A DNA stretch of 64,000 nt from Vicugna vicugna (lineage: Eukaryota). Made by a program: the position numbers and the translations under genes. The stretch covers positions 1,251,674 through 1,315,673 of the forward strand of contig MU057651.1 in the NCBI GenBank assembly GCA_013265495.1, written 5' to 3'. This document shows positions 54,996 through 64,000 of this stretch, piece by piece (position 1 is the first letter of the stretch; the number at the start of each line of letters is the position of its first letter). The notes beneath the pieces are model-generated. The model was not told where the DNA came from. It searched no databases and saw nothing but the letters and a program-made list of their open reading frames with translations.

Positions 54996-55749
54996 CCACT
55001 GCCACAGCTCCCGTTACTACATAGCTTTATTTAAAGTGCCAGAAGTCAAAGATTGCCTGTATTTAGCACTTTATCCTTTATAGAAAGCCACATTAACCAG
55101 CAGTGGTTAAACTTGCCCTCTGAGTAATGGCTGAGTCTTTAGAAGTTTAGAAGTGGTACGATACACAGCTTTACAACTGACTCCCATCCACCCACCCATA
55201 ACAATTTTAGCTGACCTCTTATTGAAATGTTTGAAGCTGCTGCCGCCACATCTTCTCTCACTGCCTACGTTAGACTTCTGGAATTGGCCAGGCCAGAAAG
55301 CTCATAGATTCTGAGATACAACTGGTACTGGAACTTTTAGTGTCGCCAATGATTTACCACACAAAATCAAAACTAGAGTTAGAACACGTCTTCTGACATC
55401 ACCTGGGACTGTCACTACAGTTTCCACAATACAGGGGATCCATAAGTATATACGTTTATTTATTTTAGTTGTACGTTAAGAAGCATACAGTTTCAAGGCA
55501 CCCTGTAATAAAATAATCATTTTGTAATGTCACATCTCACTCTCAAGTTACCTGCCTTGGGTCAAGTTGCGGGCATATTTCCACAAAATGAAGAATATCC
55601 TTAGAGCTATTCAACCAAAACTACAGAAGTAAAAGAATATTAGTATCAGAGAAGCCCAAAGCAAAACTCAAAAGTTTATTCTCATCTTAAATTTCCCCTT
55701 TTTTCCCAAAATGCCTCCAACAAACTATTAGTTATATTTCTTAATCACA

Positions 55750-56245
55750 ATAATAACTTCTGTTTTTGTGTGTGTGCTGGACCTATCCTAAGTGTTTTAT
55801 ATAGGTTGCCCCATTTAGCACAGGGAACTATATTTAACACCTTATATAGCCTATAATGGAAAGAATATGAAAAGGAATGTATGTATGTACACAACTGAAT
55901 CACTATGCTGTACACCAGAAATTAACACAACATTGTATATCGACTATGTTTCAATTTTAAAAAGTGCTTAGGGCATTCACAAGAAATTTTGGGATAAACT
56001 CTAAGGCATATTTTAATTCTTAAATTCATTAAAAATTTTAATCTATTACCCCCCAAAATAAGTTGCCTTATTTAATCTTCACAACAACTGTGTGAAGTTG
56101 AAGGTATTTCACTTATATCATAATTAGGGAAAACCAGAGCATGGAGAGGTTAAGTAACTTGTGGAATGACAGCTAATACATGACAGTACCTGAATTTGAA
56201 CCTGATATTGTCTGACTCCAAAGTCTGTGTTCCCAACCACTTTGA
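55750..56245 (-). mobile_element. MIR split by a later insertion (55818-56057)
   Basis: Left part gtgctggacctatccctaagtgttttata. Right part tttaatcttcacaacaactg...ggagaggttaagtaacttg...atttgaacc...tctgactccaaagtc. Confidence 0.75.
55818..55963 (+). mobile_element. Cetartiodactyl-type L1 3' tail
   Basis: gcacagggaactatatt...tataatggaaagaatatgaaaagg...actgaatcactatgctgtacaccagaaattaacacaacattgta...ttcaattttaaaaa. Confidence 0.88.
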
Positions 56246-58439
56246 TATATGGCTCCCTCTTCTCTCATGAAAGCTTCTTACAGCTATTTGTTCTGCTAAC
56301 TCAACTGGTATCTCCCGGTCTCAGCTCACAGGAAAAACAAACAAGCACTGAATAACTTTCATCTGGGGACTAAGTTTCTTAACTCAGTATTCCAAAATCT
56401 CCCATACACCCTCAGTCTGTTAATTCCAGTCTTACTCAACTTCTCCTGGGTTCTCTTTCCTTTTAGACTCCTGAAGTGCAATGTCTCCCTCATGTGCCCT
56501 TTCTTCTTCATGACTATCCTCAGTCCAGTTTGGTGTTCTGAACTCCCACAGTCCCATCAGACTTGATCATTCTCTCAAGGACACAAACTTCCCAAGCTTT
56601 GCTATCTTTCCGTGCAATATTTGCAATTAACATCAGCACATTTACATGGAATACTACTTCAGCCTTCAGGATTCTAGCCAGGCATAACCCATTGAAATCT
56701 GTGACTTTTGAGGGGCTTAGGGAAGACTTCACCATAAGGAACTGTAGATAAAAGCCCTGGCTCTGCTCTTCTCTACAGCCAGTCAAAAGGGGGACATCAT
56801 TTCTGGGATAAGAAATCAGTCTGTTCCTTAGAAATTATAATTAAGGAAAACAAATTCCAAATTTCTAGGTAATTCAGGCCAAATTTATTGCCTGAGTTTT
56901 CATTTTTACAATTTGAAATTCTTTTGGGCAACTTATAAAACAAGAAACAGCTATGTTAATGAAGGACAAATATATCCATGACTAATATTTTTCTTATTGT
57001 AATAAAAAAGGAATTTCAGGAAAGAATTGTATGTATTTGGTCATGTACTTTGTCCATTTTACCAAACTTAGATTTCTTACAATCATAGGGTTTCAAAAAA
57101 TAAAATGATCCAGAGTGTGTCTCTTTCTTGCTGTAGCTGGGATTTGGGGATCTGAATATTTGGAAGACAGGGAAGATATTTTAAATATTTTTTTATTGTG
57201 TATAAGTCTTTTATGGGTGCCTTATCTTTTTAAATTTTGAGGTAAGTGGTAATAAAAACTTTAGAATCATAGGCTTTGTGAATATCTTCTGCCTTTGCCC
57301 CGATCCATTTAAAAACTTTCCTTTGTCTGAAATAAATAATGCATCATTGGAAGCCTATTTTCAGGAGAGGTATTTTAAAATCTGACAGGAAAATACCTTT
57401 CAGAATTTATATTCATATACTGCCTGTTAATTATTATAAACTTACTAGCCGTTTTGGTTGATACATTGTCCATGTCACATGTTTCTTAATAGGATTTCAA
57501 GAATTTTGCCAGCATAAGAAGTTGTCATTTCACGTATTTAAGTCCCACATACCAGAGCTGCATCATGGCAACATGGCAAATTCATGATATAGTGGAAGAG
57601 AAACCAGCAAGTGGCTTGGAGATGCTAGCCCAGAAATTAGTAACATATTTAGTCTTTCGGATGTCAGTGAGGCTAAACAATGTATTTAAGTGTCATTTGT
57701 AGGCTTACATCATAGGCCAAAGAGGTGGGAGGCAAAGGTGAGGCTGAATAGTTTCATGTCAGAGTTAATTGCTGCTGTCTGTCTCTTGCCTTAGGTGTAT
57801 CCCATTTTAAGTTCAAAACAAAGAAAACCTGCCAGAAAGAAAATTTGAAAATTTCAAAATTTCAAAGCAAATCAATTAGTAAATGCTTGTGGCTCTACAG
57901 TTTTACATTGCAGATTCCATCTTCTGCTTCCCAAAGAATTCACCCAGGGCTTTCCCCAAACACTTAGTCACTGCTTCTTCCTTTGTGTGCTCATTACACA
58001 CTGCTGCTGCCTCTGTTACAGCTTGCTTTACCTTGCCTTGCAGCGTCCTTAGTTTCTTACTTGACTGTCTTCCTTACCTAGATGGGGACCTGGGCTAAAA
58101 TTTTCACATCTTTGCATCCCGGAAGTAGCTGTGGGGGATTAGGATAGATCAAACTAAATGTTTGAATAAGAGAGTCCGTTCCCTTACTTTACTGAAGTAT
58201 TTGTTTACTTAGATGGGCAAAGTAATTAAAGAAAAATGTTAGGAGCCTGTGTACAGGAATCAAGAAATGAAGATTAAAACATCTCCGAAAATGTAAACCG
58301 TAGGACAATAAAATTATTTTGCAAAAACAATTGACTTTCATTTTTAGGAACCTAGATACAACCTAAGGTGAGACATATCTGTATTTTGTTTTCTATTTAT
58401 GTTTAGATCAAGGGGTTTTCTACTCATTATTTGCTTTAT

Positions 58440-58601
58440 TTTTTAAAATATTTTATTTATTTTTGTATTATTTAATTATTTTATTTTGGTTGGGGGGAGG
58501 TAATTAGGTTTTAATTTTTGGAGGAGGTGCTGGGGATTGAACCCAAAACCTCAAGCATGCTAAGCATGCAGCTCTACCACTTGAGCTATACCGTCCCTGC
58601 T
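58440..58601 (-). mobile_element. Vic-1-like SINE, long-tail form
   Basis: ggggattgaaccca...gcatgctaagcatgc...ctctaccacttgagctatacc. Perfect 16-bp TSD tcattatttgctttat (58424-58439 / 58602-58617). Confidence 0.92.
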
Positions 58602-58970
58602 TCATTATTTGCTTTATAGTTGTATCAGTTGTCATTTAATAAAGGACGTGAACACAATTCTTATAGGAGGCTTTTTAGGTAGACAAGATATTTCGATATC
58701 CTAGTTGTAGCTGCTAAGTTTGCTATTATAAAATGAAACAATTGAAATCAAAGTTTAAAATGTGCTCCCATGGAAAAACCTATATATACTAATTCTATAA
58801 ATGAGATAAATGAGAAACAGAAATAGGCCTGAAGAAAGGAAATGGAGGTGATAGTTAACATCTTATATATTACCTGTAGTGTACAGTTGCAAATTAGAAG
58901 CATTTGGTACCATGAAGCTGCTTAGAATTTTTTCATGGGGGACATTTTATTCACAGTGACACTTCTGTCC

Positions 58971-58998
58971 ATATATATATATATATATATATATATAT
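58971..58998. repeat. (AT)14 microsatellite
   Basis: Seen directly. Confidence 0.95.
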
Positions 58999-60179
58999 TC
59001 TTCATCCTCATAAGAAATGGCCTCAGAGATGGCCATTTCTGTGAAGTTTTACTTGTAGTTCCTAGTCTTAAAAAGGTCAGAATTGATCTTTCTGTGATGA
59101 CTGGATACCTTCGGGGGAATTAAAGTTTAAGCTGAGGTCATGTCTTCACATTGTGCCATTTATTAATATCTAAGTTAATGGTGCTCGATTCTGTTAATGA
59201 ATGAAACCACATAGAAAGGCTGTGTTGACACAGAAATAAAACTTGAATTCAACAAACAAAACAGGACCTCACTTCTTTTCCCAATGAATAAGATTTGGGC
59301 TAGGGATTGTGACAACATTTTGATCATTGCATTTAGCAAGTTCAGAAAAGTCCTCTTGACAGATGTGGCCTCTAAGGGCTCCTGTCTGTAATCATCAACT
59401 GTGGGAATATTCGCTCAAGAATGGATCCCACTCTATTCTGACTTTCCTTGTCATTCCCTCTGCAGTAAATACTACATAATACTTGTCTGTGTAAAGAATA
59501 AACAGTTTGGGGATTAGATAGAATGCAGTGGGGGAAAAAAGAAGTCCTTTTGATACACATTTGATAGGAATGTGTTAATTTCAACAAAACATCTGGTATT
59601 AAAAAGTTGTGAATGCAGGACATTTGAGGGGGTTATAGAAGGAGAAGGGATTTACTGTGCTTAACAATTGCCAGTAGTCAGGCCACTTCCAAGTTGTGAT
59701 TTTGTCAGACTTGGAAATTAAGTGGGATCAAATCTACTCAGCCCTTCAGTGGGAGAAGATCCAAATCCAGCTGCAGCCAGGAGCAGTTACTGATTAAGAA
59801 TCAAGGCTCTACCCAGTGTCTCCTAGCTAGTTTTCATTAATATGCTTAATATTGCCCTTTTTTATATTCTAGGATTTAAAAAAAAGACTGCCATTGTGGT
59901 TTACTGGTTGAACTTGTACAGCTGAATCTACAGTAAAAGGTCTTTCTTCATTGGCATTACTTTACTACAGATTTCAGTGTTCTTGCTGTTCTACTTATTT
60001 TCTTAATACAGTAATTCAAACTTAGAATAGTTACTATAGTTTCAAAGCTTGATTGAAAGATGCATTCAGTATTTTCTCTAAATAAGCAGCGATTATAACA
60101 GCACAGCTGTAGTTAAAGATAGAATTTATTATGAATCCTGACAGTCTTGCTTCTCAATTACATCAGGCTGAAGGAAGGT

Positions 60180-60647
60180 TTATTCAGTTCACTTCCACAT
60201 TTATTGAGCGCTTAAGTCAGCACGGTCCTGTACTAGGTACTGTGGGGCTATGAAGATGAACAGTACATGATATCCATCCTCCATGAGTGTATAGTCTTGT
60301 AAGAGAGAGTGACATGCACAGAGAAGAAGTATGAGGAATAAGTGCTGTTTAGATGTATAAACAACACTAGTGGAAGTAAGAGGAATTAACTCTGGTTGGA
60401 TAGACTGGAGAAGGTTTTACAGAAGAAATGACATTTAAGCGGAACCTCTGTAGACATTTAAGACTCAATTTCAACATTCAAAAGTGAGAATGTGGAGAAG
60501 GTATGCATTATGTGTCCAGAAAGCTTCCTGAGCCAAATGCAAAGAGGCAGAACAGTGTATGTTCTTTGCAGGAGAATTGTAAGTAACCCTGTGTGGCTCA
60601 AGCTTTAGTGAGGACAGTGGGAGAGAAAATGATAGACTGCGGCTGTT

Positions 60648-60686
<39 letters not shown>

Positions 60687-61055
60687 TTTCCTGAAGGCAT
60701 TGAATTGCCGTTGAAAGACTCTGAGCAGAGTAAGAAGGTCATTAGGGAGGACTCCAGCTGCTTGTATATAGGATGAAATGGAAAGGATAGAGATGAGAGA
60801 CGGAACAGTGCAGAGGCTAATTTTTAAATATTTCAAATGAGAGATGCTACAGGCCTGAATTAGATTAGCAGCAGGAAAGATGTAAAGAGACATATAACAG
60901 AGATGTGGCAGTAACAGAACAAGATGAGACCGTATGTAGGGAGTGTGGTAAAGGGAAGAGTTGATGGTGGCTCCAAAGTTTCCTTCTTATGTGGTGGGAA
61001 GATGGCCCAATTACAAGTGATAGGCAACTCAGGAAGAGGTACACGTTTGACACAT
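60180..61055 (-). mobile_element. L2 fragment (about 0.9 kb)
   Basis: catttattgagcgctt...tactaggtactgtggg...ggagaaggttttacagaagaaatgacatttaagc...ttgaaagactctgagcag...actccagctgc...ggctccaaagtttcc. Confidence 0.78.
60648..60683. repeat. (TTG)12 microsatellite
   Basis: Seen directly, inside the L2 fragment. Confidence 0.95.
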
Positions 61056-61242
61056 TGCTTGTAGAAGAGTCATTTTTAACGTCAGAGTAATTTTGGCTTC
61101 AATCAGATTATCTGTTTTTTTGAACTTGAGCGTTGAAGATTTTTTAAATTAAAAATTGATTGAAATGTGTTTCTTTTCAGGGTATGGTAGTATGAGTGAA
61201 GCATACTATTTAAATAGTATTATATTATTGCTTTATTTCACT

Positions 61243-61848
61243 TCTTTTCCTTCCAGTTTTATTGAGATATAATTGATATATAATTGACAAACTATGTAAG
61301 TTTAAGATATAGAGCATCATGATTTGACTTACATCATGAAATGATCACCACCATAAGGTTAGTGACCATCCATCATCTCATATAGATTCAAAAGAAAAAA
61401 AATTTGTTTTTCCTTGTGATGAGAACACTTCGGATTTACTCTCTTCACAACTTCCATATATAACATACAGCAGTATTAATTATCTTTATCATGTTGTACA
61501 TTACATCCCTAGTACTTATTTATCTTATAACTGGAAGTTTGTGCCTTTTGACAGCCTTCATTCAATTCCCCACCACTCCTCTCTGGTGACCGCGAATCCC
61601 ATGTCCTTTTCTCTGAGTTTGTTTTTGAAGTACAGTTATCCTACAACAGTATGTTAGTTCCTGTTGCACAACATGGTGATTTGATATTTCCCTACATTTC
61701 AAAATTATCACCATGATAAGTCTAGTTACCGTCTGTCACCAGATAAAAATATTACATAATTATTGACTATATGGCCCACACTGTACATTTCATTCTTGTG
61801 ACTCATTTATTTTGCAGCTGGAAGTTTTTACTTCTTAATCTCCCTCAC
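61243..61848 (-). mobile_element. Cetartiodactyl-type L1 3'UTR fragment
   Basis: ccagttttattgagatataattga...tccttgtgatgagaac...atgttgtacattacatccctagtacttatttatcttataactggaagtttg, followed by a second similar module ending ctggaagtttttacttcttaatctccctcac. Confidence 0.85.
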
Positions 61849-63501
61849 TTTAAAAAAAACATGATTCTATTAGATAGTATTATTATTTAATACATTATTT
61901 TATGTAAAGACATAGTAAAGAAAATAGAGGAACAAGACCCTTGATATCATTATTTTCTTTTAGCTCATACCATAAAGCAAAGCTTAGAAAAGAAAAGATA
62001 ATTTTTATAGGCTACACTTGCTTGAAGAAACATTGATGTTGTAACATTTGCTGAAGTACAGCTGAACCCTCAAAATTCTTTTTCTAACCAAATATACATT
62101 TTGTGGATGAGAAATATATAAAGAAAGAAATGTTTGTAAACACTGGGTGGTTGTTATGGAATTGAAATATCTGTACTTATTACCTAAGAATGTCTGGGTT
62201 TCAAGGCTGAATTAAAATAGATTCCAGGCTTCCTTAAAGGTAAACAGCACATCTGTTGATTTGTCTAGGACAATGGAAACTGACTGAATTTTGTATTATG
62301 ATAAAAGTCAGCATCTTCTCTTCCATCTATTTAGCAATACTTTTGGGTAATCTTTTCTCCTTTGGGGAACTTTCCAGATGTTTTGTGAATATGATTCCAA
62401 TTTAGAAGAATTGTTTTTCTGGTGTAGCTTACTGATGTCCTAATTCTGAAACTCTTAGACTGGTGTAACTCCATCCAAGGGGTCCTCTGCTGTGTGTGTA
62501 GGAGTGCCCTGTGACACTTCGGCTTCCTTGACTGGCCTAGACTCTCAAAGCTGCCTGTGGGAGCAGTTTCCTGGAGTCAACGAATCCAGCCCCTATTGCA
62601 GTAATTTCCATTAACAAAGACAGCAACATTTCCAGGTATCAGCCAAGGTTACTGAGTTTTGAGCAGTGTTCGTATAGTGCAGTGCAAATGAATAACCAGT
62701 CCCACAAGGTGATTTAGATGGTTCCTTAGGTACAAATATCAACTTGTATTTTCCAAAAGGGAGAGAAGCCCTGAAATTTGGTGAAAATGACAGGGTGGTT
62801 GCTGTTGGTACGCACTGTTAAAAGAACTGTTTTCAAATGAAAGATTACAAACATTTATTTTGATGTTAACGTGTTGTAATAGTCTAGCATTAAGTAGTGA
62901 AACAACTTTAGACAAGTGTCCAATCTGTATTAGGGACTACATTTGTTTCTTAATATTTATTTAGAAAATTAATCATCAGCGCTTAGTTTTAGCTGGGTAT
63001 GGATTAGGCCTTTCATGATCTTCCGTGGAGAAACCCTCCCACACTGGAACGACTCTGAGCGACCTCGCTCTGCCCAGCAGTTGACTTGTGTCTTGCGTTT
63101 GCTGACCACCTTCAATATTTGCCTAGGCCAGGCATAATGTAAAAAGTAAAATTCTCATTTAAAAAGAGTTGCAAGCTATGGTGCCCAGTTGTAGATGATT
63201 TTGAGACTGTGCACCGTCTTGTTCCTCTCAAGTGAACACTGATGATACAGAGATGACACAGATGATCAACACAGTAGAAGAAGAGACCTATGTTTTAAAA
63301 GAGAGTCTGGACTTTCCTGCCCAAAACCATTTTAAAGAATTGTTTTCCCTATAAAATGTACTGGCTAGCACTTCACTTTTGTCGGAACATTGACCTATGA
63401 TTATTTCATTCAGTATTCTCGTGGGACACCTATCAATTTTAGTGTCTCACATTTTCTTAAGTAAACCCATTTCTTAAGAAAACCCAGGTTTTGGTATTTT
63501 C

Positions 63502-63686
63502 TTTTCTTTTCTTTTATAGAAAGATTTTTTAGAGTTGTAAGAACTTTTATTTTTCCGGGGGGAGGGAGGCAATTAGGTTTATTTGTTTATTTACTTTTTT
63601 TTTTTTTAGAGGAGGTCCTGGGGATTGAACCCAGGACCTCATGCATGCTAAGCATGCGCTCTACCACTTTGAGCTATACCCTTCCC
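63502..63686 (-). mobile_element. Vic-1-like SINE, long-tail form
   Basis: gggattgaacccaggacctcatgcatgctaagcatgcgctctaccac...gagctataccc. TSD cccaggtt(t/c)tggtattttc, 18/19 match (63483-63501 / 63687-63705). Confidence 0.92.
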
Positions 63687-63755
63687 CCCAGGTTCTGGTA
63701 TTTTCAAGGTTTCAATAGAAACTAGAAATTTGGGAGCCATTTAAAAGAAAATCTT

Positions 63756-63850
63756 GGGGGGAGGGTATAGCTCAGTGGTAGAGTGCATGCTTAGCATACA
63801 CAAGGTCTTGGGTTCAATCCCCAGTACCTCCATTAAAAAAAAAAAGAAAG
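63756..63850 (+). mobile_element. Vic-1-like SINE, short form
   Basis: gggtatagctcagtggtagagtgcatgcttagcatacacaaggtcttgggttcaatccccagtacctcc followed by an A-tail. Perfect 13-bp TSD aaaagaaaatctt (63743-63755 / 63851-63863) at a TT|AAAA site. Confidence 0.93.
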
Positions 63851-64000
63851 AAAAGAAAATCTTACTGCTCTGGTTTATTATTCTGTATATGAAAAGAGGG
63901 AGTCTTATCACCTCAAACCAAGCAAAATTAGTAGAGTACCATCCATGAGGTGCTAGTTCTGCATGTCTTACGCTTAAGGGAAGCCGGCATGAATCCAGGA

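Noticed and set aside
60471..60893. Longest ORF (140 aa) with a polyQ run
   Set aside because: The polyQ is the reverse strand of a (TTG)12 microsatellite inside an L2 fragment, and there is no protein-like context.
63756..63832. Apparent tRNA gene (also at 22042, 58510-58600 and 63610-63686)
   Set aside because: A-rich tails, TSDs and multiple diverged copies show these are tRNA-derived SINEs.

Overview
This is mammalian genomic DNA: AT-rich, CpG-poor and dense in repeats. It is almost certainly from a camelid, because it carries four young tRNA-derived SINEs resembling the camelid Vic-1 family, each with target-site duplications (TSDs). The only coding sequence I can support is one 111-nt internal exon on the + strand (44595-44705). 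It encodes (Y)[36 protein letters not shown](S), which is coding exon 2 of AMMECR1 with its LRGCIG motif; the supplied ORF track misses it. The rest of the window is inferred to be the two long flanking introns. These are filled with old and young L1s, L2, MIR, MER5/Charlie hAT elements, an MLT1A solo LTR, a MamSINE1, an L3/CR1 fragment and microsatellites. I found no evidence of a new multi-gene biological system. The leads most worth checking are a candidate poison-exon cassette at 31.4-31.6 kb, an L2 tail sitting in the branch-point zone of exon 2, a closely spaced inverted SINE pair at 63.5-63.85 kb, a probable L1 3' transduction at 55.8-56.07 kb, and a recursive-splice/microexon-like site at 30.0-30.3 kb. 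Repeat family names come from recalled consensus sequences, not from a database search, and the boundaries of old repeats are approximate.
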